64,000 bases of DNA from Chlamydiia bacterium. GTDB taxonomy: Bacteria > Chlamydiota > Chlamydiia > Chlamydiales > Simkaniaceae. The notes beneath the pieces are model-generated. The model was given only the letters and a program-made list of their open reading frames with translations. It did not search any database and was not told the DNA's origin. Positions 37,014-46,438 of the stretch are shown here, piece after piece. Location of the stretch: NCBI GenBank assembly GCA_030430655.1, contig JAUIKQ010000001.1, positions 1,018 through 65,017 on the forward strand. Direction: 5' to 3'. Position numbers and translations under genes: made by a program. Every line of letters starts with the position of its first letter. Within the stretch, counting starts at the first letter, position 1.

Positions 37014-37088
37014 CTGGGTGTAGCGCAGCTTGGCCAGCGCACTAGCATGGGGTGCTAGGGGTCGGAGGTTCGAATCCTCTCACCCAGA
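37014..37088 (+). tRNA. tRNA-Pro (anticodon GGG)
   Basis: Hand-folded cloverleaf: acceptor CTGGGTG/CACCCAG, D arm GCGC-AGCTTGGCCA-GCGC, anticodon stem CTAGC/GCTAG with loop AT-GGG-GT, variable loop GGGTC, T arm GGAGG-TTCGAAT-CCTCT, discriminator A. CCA is not encoded. Confidence 0.9.
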
Positions 37089-37233
37089 TTTTCTTGTTTT
37101 GTAAATAGGAGCGCTTTCTTTCTGGCTTTTTGCTTGCCAGGAGAGACAATCTCGCGGCAATGGTTTCCACGCTTGCGTTGTTCTCGCATATTATTCTACA
37201 ATCCGTATTTGACGGCAGTCTAAACGCAGTAAC

Positions 37234-39924
37234 GTGGTTTTTGTGAGCGAAAAGAAGTTATCTCTTCCTCCTACGCATCCTTTATTTTTAGAACACTATC
37301 TTTCTGCACAGTGTGAGAAGGAGGCTGATAAAGAGGAGGACATTTTAGAGCTTGCTGAAGAAGTGCACTTATCTCTTGGCTTCAATTTAGCTCCTTTCCA
37401 ACAAGATTGCCGCTTTCGTGCGCTAAGGCGTGCTCGCTTTGTGGCTATGCACCTTATTGATGAAAAAGGACAGGTAGTAAAAAATAGATTATCTAAAGTC
37501 CTTGCCCTTCTTGGTCAGTTACATATTCCCTATTCAGATACCGACTTTGACTACTGGGCAGTGCGGCATATGCGTTATGTGCTGATGGAAGTGGAAAAAA
37601 ATCAAGAGGTATGTCGTCTTTTACATCGCTTTTTTTCTATTACGAAAAATACGTATGTAAGTCAGCTCGTCGAATTTTCCCTTCTTTTTGAGAAAGGCAA
37701 GCGCTTGATGCCTTACCATACCACACAAGCGGTTTTCTCTGCCCTTTTAGCGCCTTTGCGGCAAAGCTTAGGTTCTTGCTTTGCTACAGCGCCGGCTATT
37801 TTTATTCAGTCAGAGCAAATTGGATCCATGCTGCAAGATTTGTACGATCTTCTAACGACCTATAGGCTTAGGCGAGTCATTGAGGGGGAAGAACATACCG
37901 TTCCCATGAGTCCAAACTTTGGAGTAGGTGATTTAAAAAAACCTATTTTTATAACAAAAGAAGTGTTTTTAGTTCCTTCCATTCAAATGGCATTACATGA
38001 TCTCGGGATAAGGAGTTTGCGCTCATTTCCCTTTAGCCATAGTGTGAGCACTGTGGAAGCACTGATGCAATTTTTTTCTCAGACAAAAATAGGTAAACGT
38101 AAGCCCACAAAAGCACAAATGGAAAGAGCGCTTCACTTAATTGTTTCCTATATCGATCATCCGATGCTAAAAATGTGGGAATACACTTTAGCGTCTTTTG
38201 CAGACCATAAGGTAGACTTTTATAAGTGGAATTTGCATGCAAGTCTCGGGTTTGATCCCAAGCTTTCTTCTGGGATTGGTGAGGTGATATGGAACCACTT
38301 ACAGTCCCTTTTAGAGGAAAGTAATCAAAAAATTACCGATTTACAAAAAGAGTGCGAGCTGAGCTTTGATCGTGTAAGGATGACTCAAGCACTCTTGCGT
38401 AGCGCAGATAGTGAAAGCAAGGTGCGTCGTTTAAAAGGAGAGCTACAAATTTATTTGCATGAATTAGAGACTCATCAAACATTGCGCGATGAATGCATTC
38501 ACATGTCTGAGCATTTGTCTTCTTTTTTTAAATTTCTGATTGAAGAGTATTCGCACCATTTTCCTCTCTACTTTCAAGAAGTGTATGATCCAGAGCTTTT
38601 TGAAGAAACAGGTGCTTTGTATGACGATTGCCCTGCTGGATTTCGATTAATGTATAAGCATGGCAGAAGCGACCCTTCTCTTTGGACTCCCATTCAAAAT
38701 GAAAACCAATTTAGCGATTGCTTGGTGCAATTTTTTCGTGCTATGGAGTCTTTATTGATTAATCGTGCAAAATGGGAAAGGGGAAAAGAGGAAATTGTCC
38801 ATATTACCTCTAAGGTAATGCTACACGTGCGTACGCAAGAATTTATATCGAGTGCTTTACATCGAAGTCAAGTCTTGTCCCTTGAAAATGATCCGCATAA
38901 AAAGACCAAAACTCCTTGGAGTTATCTCTCTGGTGGCACTTTAGGAAATTTGGTGCAGTGCTATGTAGCAAGGGCTTTTAAGCTCACAGAAGAGAGCCGA
39001 GCTATCGATAGTCCCACCGATCTTTTTGTTTTTCTGTTAGAAGTGATGAAAGAGCTGCCTTCCAATATTTGTGAAACTTTTGTTGCCAATCCACATAAAA
39101 CACTTTTAATGTACAGCCCAAATCATGCTTTTAGATTGCTACCAGGGCTTGCTCCTTTTTGTGACTTTTGGAAAGAGAGGGGGTTTAGCTACACTTACAT
39201 TCGTGATCGCTTTTTCTCTCCATCCAAGGAATTTTTTGCTAGTATGCTTTTATCACAAGAGCAGCAAAAAGCGTGTTTTCACTGGTTTTTAAACCAGTAT
39301 TTTTCGCAAAAACAGGTAGATATCCTCTACAGCGCGCTTCCCCTGTCTATTCAGGAAATGGGAGAGCTGATGATGGAAGCTTTGGGACAAAGCAACGATC
39401 AAATAAAAGAAAGGCTCAATCAGTTTTTTGCTACTGCATTTTCTCTGCTGTCTGCTAAAGAGATGAAAATGCATGCCCTTTCCTTTTTTCAACGCGTCTA
39501 TCAGGAAGAAAAATTATGGCAGCAAGCGTATGATGTTTTTACAAAAGAGCTGCTTTTGAAGCAGGATCTGCTGCCCTTTAGCTTACTTTACCGTCTTTTA
39601 AAGGTCGCAGTTATTAGGCAGCAAAAGCGATACTTACTTCCCTTTGACATTGAAACGCCTCTGTTGCAAGCTACAGAAGAAATTATGCCTCCAAGGGCAG
39701 TAGTTTTTGCAGACACAAATTGGCAAGACCAGTTTTTTGGATTTCGCGTTAATCCTTTGGATCTTAAGCTAGGGCTTTGGAGAACAAATTTTTCGGGAAG
39801 AGAAGGCGTGCCTATGTTGCAATGGCGCTCAAGCTTTGGCTCTCAAAAGCGGTGGGGGGTGTATGTAAGGCCTCAAGAATATTTAGGACGAGGGTTGATG
39901 ACTTCTTCTCTGTTACGTGTTTAA
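37234..39924 (+). CDS. Large hypothetical protein (896 aa) with papain-like Cys/His/Asn sequence contexts
   Basis: This is a long uninterrupted ORF with a GTG start. 'LRQSLGSCFATA' places Cys182 at nt 37777, 'YSPNHAFRLLPG' places His631 at nt 39124, and 'VVFADTNWQDQFFGF' places Asn829 at nt 39718. Existence of the CDS is confident; the function is speculative. Confidence 0.65.
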   Translation: MVFVSEKKLSLPPTHPLFLEHYLSAQCEKEADKEEDILELAEEVHLSLGFNLAPFQQDCRFRALRRARFVAMHLIDEKGQVVKNRLSKVLALLGQLHIPYSDTDFDYWAVRHMRYVLMEVEKNQEVCRLLHRFFSITKNTYVSQLVEFSLLFEKGKRLMPYHTTQAVFSALLAPLRQSLGSCFATAPAIFIQSEQIGSMLQDLYDLLTTYRLRRVIEGEEHTVPMSPNFGVGDLKKPIFITKEVFLVPSIQMALHDLGIRSLRSFPFSHSVSTVEALMQFFSQTKIGKRKPTKAQMERALHLIVSYIDHPMLKMWEYTLASFADHKVDFYKWNLHASLGFDPKLSSGIGEVIWNHLQSLLEESNQKITDLQKECELSFDRVRMTQALLRSADSESKVRRLKGELQIYLHELETHQTLRDECIHMSEHLSSFFKFLIEEYSHHFPLYFQEVYDPELFEETGALYDDCPAGFRLMYKHGRSDPSLWTPIQNENQFSDCLVQFFRAMESLLINRAKWERGKEEIVHITSKVMLHVRTQEFISSALHRSQVLSLENDPHKKTKTPWSYLSGGTLGNLVQCYVARAFKLTEESRAIDSPTDLFVFLLEVMKELPSNICETFVANPHKTLLMYSPNHAFRLLPGLAPFCDFWKERGFSYTYIRDRFFSPSKEFFASMLLSQEQQKACFHWFLNQYFSQKQVDILYSALPLSIQEMGELMMEALGQSNDQIKERLNQFFATAFSLLSAKEMKMHALSFFQRVYQEEKLWQQAYDVFTKELLLKQDLLPFSLLYRLLKVAVIRQQKRYLLPFDIETPLLQATEEIMPPRAVVFADTNWQDQFFGFRVNPLDLKLGLWRTNFSGREGVPMLQWRSSFGSQKRWGVYVRPQEYLGRGLMTSSLLRV

Positions 39925-39942
39925 CCCAAGTTTAGGTATACG

Positions 39943-40824
39943 ATGCAAAAAATGCAGCCATTAGAGCCCCTTTCTTTGAGCAAATTAAGAGAGGGTTTCA
40001 ATGAGGATTTATCAAGGTACATACAAAGATTAGGAAAAGAACCTTTGGGAGAGATATGTCGGTACTCTCTTGAAGGAGGGGGAAAGCGGCTCCGTCCACT
40101 GCTTGTCTTCATTATTGCTTTAGGAATAGATCGTGGGTTTGATGTAACCAAAGCGGCTTTAGCAGTAGAGTGTTTTCACACCGCTTCTCTTATTGTAGAT
40201 GATTTGCCCTGTATGGATAATGACAATTTTCGGAGAGGCAAAAAGTCTTGCCACAAGGTTTTTGGTGAAAAAAAAGCGCTGCTCGCTTCTTACGCCTTGA
40301 TGTCAGAGGCATATGCCAAAATCTACGAAAGTACAGCGGTTTTACATAGAGAAATTGGAGATAGGGCCCATTTTATTGGGATGCAGGCTTTGCGGATTGC
40401 TGCACAAAATGCTGGCCTTGCAGGCGCTACTAGTGGACAGCTTATGGATCTGAGTCAAAAATCGTGGTCATTTCCTACCCTTTTAGAAGTAGCGAGGAGA
40501 AAAACGGTTTCTTTGTTCGAAATTGCTTTTGGGTTTGGTTACCTTTTTGGGGGTGGGGACTGGAGGCGTTGGAAGCAATTGCAATCGTGCGCTTATCATT
40601 TTGGATTGAGCTTTCAAGCCATAGATGATTTGGATGACTGCGAAAAAGACAGAAAAAGAGGCGGCGCCAACATGGCAATTTGTATTGGTATGGCAAAAAC
40701 TGTGGAGTTTATCTCCACGCATGTTGATCTTTTTGCAAAAGGGATGCGTAATCTTGGATTATACACCCCTTTGGTGCAAGACTTAGAAGAAAGCGTGCGC
40801 CAATCAGCGAGCCGTAGCTTCTGA
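39943..40824 (+). CDS. ispA: Polyprenyl (geranyl/farnesyl/geranylgeranyl) diphosphate synthase
   Basis: The first Asp-rich motif is '[22 protein letters not shown]' and the second is 'FQAIDDLDD'. Confidence 0.85.
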   Translation: MQKMQPLEPLSLSKLREGFNEDLSRYIQRLGKEPLGEICRYSLEGGGKRLRPLLVFIIALGIDRGFDVTKAALAVECFHTASLIVDDLPCMDNDNFRRGKKSCHKVFGEKKALLASYALMSEAYAKIYESTAVLHREIGDRAHFIGMQALRIAAQNAGLAGATSGQLMDLSQKSWSFPTLLEVARRKTVSLFEIAFGFGYLFGGGDWRRWKQLQSCAYHFGLSFQAIDDLDDCEKDRKRGGANMAICIGMAKTVEFISTHVDLFAKGMRNLGLYTPLVQDLEESVRQSASRSF

Positions 40825-41847
40825 AGGCTCAGAGATTGAAGTGAGCTGTGGATCCATCGATTTACGAATTAAGTTCGCAATTTCTTCTGAAAGGGCGGCA
40901 TTTTTTTTCAGCTCATCGCGGACCTGCTCTTTACCTTGTCCTAACCGGTTTCCTTGGAAGCTAAACCATGATCCCTTCTTCTCAATAACATTCGTTTGTA
41001 CCCCGAGGTCAATCAAAGAGCCCTCTTTAGAAATTCCTTCGTTAAAGAGGATATCAAACTCCGCAACGCGGAAAGGGGGCGCCATTTTATTTTTTACGAC
41101 TTTTACTTTTACTCGGTTACCCACTTCTGCGTTTTCTCCTTTGATGGAAGCGATGCGACGAATTTCCAAACGGACAGAAGCATAAAATTTAAGTGCGCGA
41201 CCTCCCGTCGTTGTTTCTGGATTTCCAAACATGACGCCCACTTTTTCACGAATTTGGTTGATAAAGATAGCGCAGGTATTGCTTTTAGCAAGTGTGGAGG
41301 TGAGCTTGCGGAGCGCTTGCGACATTAAGCGGGCTTGCAGGCCAATATGAGAATCTCCAATTTCTCCATCTAACTCAGATTTTGGAACAAGGGCGGCGAC
41401 AGAATCAACGATGATAACATCGACAGCGTTTGATCTTGCAAGAATTTCGGCAATGTTCAGCGCCTCTTCCCCACTTGTAGGTTGAGATATTCTAAGCTCA
41501 TCTAGGTTAACGCCAATTTTTGCAGCATAGCTAGGATCTAAGGCATGCTCTGCGTCAATATAGGCGGCAAGCCCTCCTTCTTTTTGTACATTTGCCACGA
41601 TGTGTGTAGCAAGTGTAGATTTTCCAGAAGATTCTGGGCCGTAGATTTCCACGACGCGGCCTCTGGGCACTCCTCCTATTCCTAGAGCCAAATCTAGAGA
41701 AATTGCGCCGGTTTTAATAACCTGGACTTTATTAGAGGCGTGGTGCTTTCCCAAGGACATAATAGCGCCTTCACCAAACTGCTTTTCAATATAAGCAACG
41801 GCAAGTTCCAGAGCTTTTTTTTTGGCGCTCTCGTTTTGACTAGACAT
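40804..41847 (-). CDS. recA: Recombinase A
   Basis: Motifs '[20 protein letters not shown]', '[12 protein letters not shown]', '[39 protein letters not shown]' and '[33 protein letters not shown]' are present. Confidence 0.97.
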   Translation of the reverse strand: MSSQNESAKKKALELAVAYIEKQFGEGAIMSLGKHHASNKVQVIKTGAISLDLALGIGGVPRGRVVEIYGPESSGKSTLATHIVANVQKEGGLAAYIDAEHALDPSYAAKIGVNLDELRISQPTSGEEALNIAEILARSNAVDVIIVDSVAALVPKSELDGEIGDSHIGLQARLMSQALRKLTSTLAKSNTCAIFINQIREKVGVMFGNPETTTGGRALKFYASVRLEIRRIASIKGENAEVGNRVKVKVVKNKMAPPFRVAEFDILFNEGISKEGSLIDLGVQTNVIEKKGSWFSFQGNRLGQGKEQVRDELKKNAALSEEIANLIRKSMDPQLTSISEPSEATAR

Positions 41848-41941
41848 AGAATCTCCTCGACTTAAGTCAATTTAATGTTTGCAGATAAGTGTAATTATGG
41901 CACAAAAGGGAGAAAATAGTCGTCTTTGAAATGGAGAGATT

Positions 41942-42901
41942 ATGTTTTTAGCGGGAGATATTGGCGGAACGAATACGAGGCTTGTTTTGTATGATGGAAA
42001 ATGCTGTACAAACCATAAACGTTACAAGAGCGGGGATTTTAAAAGTTTAAAAGAGATTGTAGCCCTCTTTTTAGAGGCAGCAGGTGCAAAGGTAGAAAAA
42101 GCCTGCTTTGGTATAGCAGGCCCTATCCGTAATCAAAAGTGTCGCGCTACAAATTTGCCATGGATTGTAGAAAGAGATGAGCTCTCTTCTTATCTAAAAA
42201 TACCCAATGTTTTTTTGGTAAACGATTTAGAAGCGAATGCCAATGGCATTGCTTTATTAGAAAAGGAGGAGTTTTTAGTACTCAATAAGGGGGATGATCA
42301 GGCCTTAGGGAATCAAGCGCTTATTTCTCCAGGGACAGGCTTTGGTCAGGCAGGCCTCTATTTTGATGGTGAAAAGCACCATCCCTTTGCGTGTGAAGGG
42401 GGACATTGTGACTTTGCTCCTAGAAATGCGCAAGAAGATGCTTTGCTCCTTTTTTTAAGGAAAAAATGGGGCCATGTCTCTTATGAGCGTATCATTTCAG
42501 GGCCAGGTTTATATACCCTTTTTGAATTCCTTTTGGAAACAAAGCAGATTCAGATAGGCTCGGATCTTTTAAAAGCGATTAAAGAAGGGAAAGGCCGCGC
42601 TATTTCAGAGCTTGGAATAGAAAAAAAAGAAGAGGCATGTTTAAAGGTTTTAAGGATGTTTGTTTCTATTTTAGGTGCAGAATGTGGCAATGCTGCCCTA
42701 AAATTCATGGCGCTTGGTGGTGTTTTTATCGGCGGGGGCATTGTTCCGAAAATTGCCCCTCTTTTAAAAGAAGGTGCCTTTATGCAGGCCTTTGTTGATA
42801 AGGGGCGTTTTGGGAAGATGCTGGAAGATATGCCTGTGAAAATTCTTCTCAATGACCAAACAGCTTTGCTTGGCGCTGGTCGCTATGCTATGCATTTATG
42901 A
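41942..42901 (+). CDS. glk: Glucokinase
   Basis: The N-terminus is 'FLAGDIGGTNTRLVL'. 'ATNLPW', 'VNDLEANA', 'EGGHCDFAP', 'SYERIISGPGL' and 'GGVFIGGGIVPKI' follow the Glk/ROK-like pattern. Confidence 0.85.
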   Translation: MFLAGDIGGTNTRLVLYDGKCCTNHKRYKSGDFKSLKEIVALFLEAAGAKVEKACFGIAGPIRNQKCRATNLPWIVERDELSSYLKIPNVFLVNDLEANANGIALLEKEEFLVLNKGDDQALGNQALISPGTGFGQAGLYFDGEKHHPFACEGGHCDFAPRNAQEDALLLFLRKKWGHVSYERIISGPGLYTLFEFLLETKQIQIGSDLLKAIKEGKGRAISELGIEKKEEACLKVLRMFVSILGAECGNAALKFMALGGVFIGGGIVPKIAPLLKEGAFMQAFVDKGRFGKMLEDMPVKILLNDQTALLGAGRYAMHL

Positions 42902-43057
42902 GCGATGCAAGTCAAGCCTCTCTTGAGAGGATACTGAGCGTTGTTTTAAAGAAATCTTTTCTTTGAAAAAGTCTGGACTAAAACGGCTTGCTGTTCAAGT
43001 ACGTAGAAGACAAAAAAGTAAATCGTTTGGATACTTCTATCAAATCGTTTGATAATG

Positions 43058-43130
43058 TGGAGTGTAACGGAGTCGAACCGTTGGCCTCAACAATGCCATT
43101 GTTGCGCTCTACCAACTGAGCTAACACCCC
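43058..43130 (-). tRNA. tRNA-Ala (anticodon GGC)
   Basis: The reverse complement folds as GGGGTGT-TA-GCTC-AGTTGGTA-GAGC-G-CAACA-AT-GGC-AT-TGTTG-AGGCC-AACGG-TTCGACT-CCGTT-ACACTCC-A. The G3:U70 alanine identity pair is present. CCA is not encoded. Confidence 0.9.
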
Positions 43131-43178
43131 AAACACGGAGGATTTTAATGCTTTTTCCGGTATTAAACAAGAGTTTTT

Positions 43179-44357
43179 ATGAGTCTATTTGATGCGTTGC
43201 CTCCAATAGAAATCGATCCTATTTTTGGACTTGCGCAAGTAATACAAAAAGACGAGCGAAGCAATAAAATAGATTTAACAGTAGGGGTTTATCGGGATGT
43301 TGAGCTGAAAACTCCTATTTTCGATGCAGTTCGCCTTGCTGTACAACTTATTACTAAGAGAGAGAAGGACAAGGGATATTTGCCCATACTAGGAGATCGT
43401 GGATTTTTGCAAAAATCAGGTCAATTGCTGTTTGGGGAAAAACTCTATCAAGAAGTAGAAAGTAAGCTCGTGGGCGGATCAATGATCGGGGGAACCGGTG
43501 CGCTGTCTATCGGACTTGGGATTGGCGTGCGCTACGTAAGCCGGAGAGTATATCTGCCAGAGCCCACATGGGGCAATCATCATACTATTTTGTCAATGCA
43601 GCAAGGAGAAGTGAAAACATATCCCTACTACGATCCCGTGAATCGCTCGATTGACTGGGAAGGTATGTTGAAAACTTTTGCAAAAGCGCCTCCAAAAAGC
43701 CTCGTTTTACTCCACGCCTGCGGACACAACCCAACTGGAGTGGACTTGACAAAAGAGCAATGGAAACATCTTTCGTCTTTACTTTTGGAAAAGCAGTGTA
43801 TTCCTTTTTTTGATATGGCCTATTTAGGATTTGCATCAAGTATCGATGAAGATACTTTTCCGATTCGCTACTTTGCAAGGGAGGGTCACGAAATGCTTGT
43901 TGCCCACTCTTTTTCAAAATCGTTTGGCCTGTATGGAGAACGTGTAGGGACGCTGTGGCTACTGACAGACACGCCACACAAGCTTCAGCTTGCTTCTGCT
44001 TTGAAAAAGCAGGTCCGTTCCCATTTTTCCAATCCTCCAAGGCACGGGGCCTTTATCGTCAAGCAGATACTAGACGATCCTGACTTAACAATGCTTTGGC
44101 GAAAGGAACTGGATCATATGCGAAAGCGTGTGGATAGTATGCGAGCCTTGCTTTCACAAAAATGCGCAGCTTTAGACTACGTGAGTAAAGGAAGGGGGCT
44201 ATTTTCCCTTTTACCTATTGAGAAAGAGGCTGTTATGAAATTAAGAGATAGCTACGCTATTTATCTAACAGAAAGAGGCCGAATCAATATCGCTGGATTA
44301 ACGGAGCATAATATAGGGCATTTTACCCATTCGCTAAAGGAAGTAGGAATAGAGTGA
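43179..44357 (+). CDS. aspC: Aspartate/aromatic-amino-acid aminotransferase (class I)
   Basis: 'PEPTWGNHHTI', 'LLHACGHNPTGVD' and the PLP-lysine motif 'SFSKSFGLYGERVG' are present, together with 'SNPPRHGA'. Confidence 0.85.
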   Translation: MSLFDALPPIEIDPIFGLAQVIQKDERSNKIDLTVGVYRDVELKTPIFDAVRLAVQLITKREKDKGYLPILGDRGFLQKSGQLLFGEKLYQEVESKLVGGSMIGGTGALSIGLGIGVRYVSRRVYLPEPTWGNHHTILSMQQGEVKTYPYYDPVNRSIDWEGMLKTFAKAPPKSLVLLHACGHNPTGVDLTKEQWKHLSSLLLEKQCIPFFDMAYLGFASSIDEDTFPIRYFAREGHEMLVAHSFSKSFGLYGERVGTLWLLTDTPHKLQLASALKKQVRSHFSNPPRHGAFIVKQILDDPDLTMLWRKELDHMRKRVDSMRALLSQKCAALDYVSKGRGLFSLLPIEKEAVMKLRDSYAIYLTERGRINIAGLTEHNIGHFTHSLKEVGIE

Positions 44358-45331
44358 AACGGATTATTTTACTTGGCGCGCTTTTAGTGGCTTTTATTCT
44401 TATTTTGCACAGCTCTAGAACATTTGTAGATAAATTTAGTGACTTTGCCTTGGCAAGTGTGACAAAAGCAAGTCATTTGAGTGTAGTAAACGTGTCTTCG
44501 CTTGCAGAAGAGTCGCTCCAATACCTGTTGAGTAGGATAGAAAGCACGACATCTAGCCAAATATTGGAGGATTTACAGGAGCAAAAAAGGGGAGTATTAG
44601 GCCGGGTTATTTATAGAGATCCTGCATGTTGGGGGAGCACTTTGTGGATTAATTTGGGAGCATTGGATAATCACCGTTATGGAGGAGATGTTGTAGCAAA
44701 GAACAGCCCTGTTTTGCTCGGTGACTCTGTGATTGGTGTGGTCGAGTACGTTGGAAAGAAAAGGAGCCGCATACGTTTGATTACAGACCAAAACTTGCAT
44801 GTTGCAGTGCGCGCTGTTAGAGGTGAGGGGACGCAACACTTCATAACTTATCATGTCGATCAGCTGCAAAAGTATTTGGAGTGGTTTCATGGGCAAAATA
44901 CGGAGCTGCTGACGACTTTGGATGGTATACGCGCTAAATTACAAACTTCCTGCAAAGTAGAATTTTTAGCAAAAGGGGAAGTTTTTGGTGCATCACAGCC
45001 GCTTTGGCGCAGCAGGAACCAACATTTGCAAGGGGTTGGTTTTAATTATGATTTTGCAGACGATAAAGGGGGAGAGAGGGAGCTGAGGAGCGGCGAATTA
45101 CTCGAAGACATAGGAAAAGGAGAAGGGATACGTTTAATTGAGAAGGGAGACTTACTAGTTACGAGTGGAATGGACGGTGTATTTCCAGAAGGACTTTGCG
45201 TGGGCATTGTTACTTATGTTGCTCCTCTAAAAGACAGTGATATTGCGTTTGAAATAGAGGCAGCGATGACAGCTGGTAACTTAGATGATCTTTCCTACGT
45301 TACGATTCTCCCCCCTATTCCATACCATTAG
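44354..45331 (+). CDS. mreC: Rod shape-determining protein MreC
   Basis: It has an N-terminal TM and the C-terminal motif 'GDLLVTSGMDGVFPEGLCVGIV' (MreC pattern TSG..G.fP.Gl.vG.v). The start overlaps aspC by ATGA-style coupling, and the position after tyrB/aspC is as in Chlamydia. Confidence 0.7.
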   Translation: MKRIILLGALLVAFILILHSSRTFVDKFSDFALASVTKASHLSVVNVSSLAEESLQYLLSRIESTTSSQILEDLQEQKRGVLGRVIYRDPACWGSTLWINLGALDNHRYGGDVVAKNSPVLLGDSVIGVVEYVGKKRSRIRLITDQNLHVAVRAVRGEGTQHFITYHVDQLQKYLEWFHGQNTELLTTLDGIRAKLQTSCKVEFLAKGEVFGASQPLWRSRNQHLQGVGFNYDFADDKGGERELRSGELLEDIGKGEGIRLIEKGDLLVTSGMDGVFPEGLCVGIVTYVAPLKDSDIAFEIEAAMTAGNLDDLSYVTILPPIPYH

Positions 45332-46410
45332 GTTAATAGGTTTAGGTTATCTTCTAGGTAATCGGCCACTTTTTTTTCTACTTCCTTTTTCAAGCAAGGG
45401 GAGAAAGGAGCAAATGTTTCCGTGTAGAGCTCCCTTCTCAGGTCATGGTATTTAACGTCATTTTCTAAAAAGCGCAGATCGAAAAAGTTATATAGATCAA
45501 CCAGTGCATTGTCAGGAATCATCATACCGCATCGATGAAGAAAAAGCCCTTCGGGCCATTTCCTATGTTGGCAGTCAAAGAAAAACATAGGACGATTGAA
45601 ATGCAAATAATCAAAACCAATGGAAGACATGTCCCCCACGTAGAGATCGGCATTGGCTAAAAGGGGGTAGATAGGAGAAAAGTCAAGGACAATGCGTAAG
45701 TTTTCTTTATCAGCATATTGTCTAACGAGTGGCTGTAGTTTTTCTTGGTTTTTTCGAACAAAATTGGGATGCAACTTTATGATTAGGTTGTAGTGGCTCG
45801 GCAATTGATCTACCAAGGGGAAAAAGAGAGCGTCGAAGGAGCAATTATTTTCAAAATCTTGCCAGGTGGGAGCGTAGAGAAGCATTCTTTTTTTCGTTTT
45901 GTTGATACCCATTTTTTCCATTAGCTTATCGTAAAAATCACGATGTTGCTGCCAGTAATGGTAGCGGTAGTTTCCAGCGATGATTGAATAAAAAGTGGTA
46001 GGGTGAAGCGCCTTAAGCGTTTTTAGCATTCGCTCCCCATAAAGGAGAAACAAGTGATCTTTTTCCAGGGCTTGCATAGAGCCTGATTTTTGCCCTTTAT
46101 CCGAGCTGCCATGAGGGCACCAGATAGTTATGAGCCGTTTGTTTTGCTGGTGCTGGGGCAGGAAAAAAATTTCGTCGATCAAGGGCCGAGGCAGGGTCGT
46201 GAGGACAGCATCGTACTTAGAAACAATATCTCGATTTGCAGTTAAGCTACTTAAGAGTTGTAGCTCTATATCTGGATAGTAACGTTTCGCTAGTCTCTCA
46301 ACTTCAGGCTCTGTTACAATGAGAGGAATCCGTAGCAAACAAGAGAGCACCCCTAAGTGGTCAAGAGAGTGAGAGTGGTGTCCATACAAGAGCGCGGCAT
46401 ACCTTAGCAT
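45328..46410 (-). CDS. CDP-glycerol glycerophosphotransferase (TagB/TagF) family protein
   Basis: 'KKRMLLYAPTWQD', 'LIIKLHPN' and 'ADLYVGDMSSIGFDYLHFNRPMFFF' match the remembered Glyphos_transf pattern (ilYAPTwR; K.HP; sD.liTDYSS..fDf....kPiifF). Confidence 0.6.
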   Translation of the reverse strand: MLRYAALLYGHHSHSLDHLGVLSCLLRIPLIVTEPEVERLAKRYYPDIELQLLSSLTANRDIVSKYDAVLTTLPRPLIDEIFFLPQHQQNKRLITIWCPHGSSDKGQKSGSMQALEKDHLFLLYGERMLKTLKALHPTTFYSIIAGNYRYHYWQQHRDFYDKLMEKMGINKTKKRMLLYAPTWQDFENNCSFDALFFPLVDQLPSHYNLIIKLHPNFVRKNQEKLQPLVRQYADKENLRIVLDFSPIYPLLANADLYVGDMSSIGFDYLHFNRPMFFFDCQHRKWPEGLFLHRCGMMIPDNALVDLYNFFDLRFLENDVKYHDLRRELYTETFAPFSPCLKKEVEKKVADYLEDNLNLLT

Positions 46411-46438
46411 GCCAAAGATGTAACAGATAATAGAATTT

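Noticed and set aside
43585-44040. 151-aa minus-strand ORF inside aspC
   Set aside because: It is antisense to a gene with clear class I aminotransferase motifs, and it has no independent signals.
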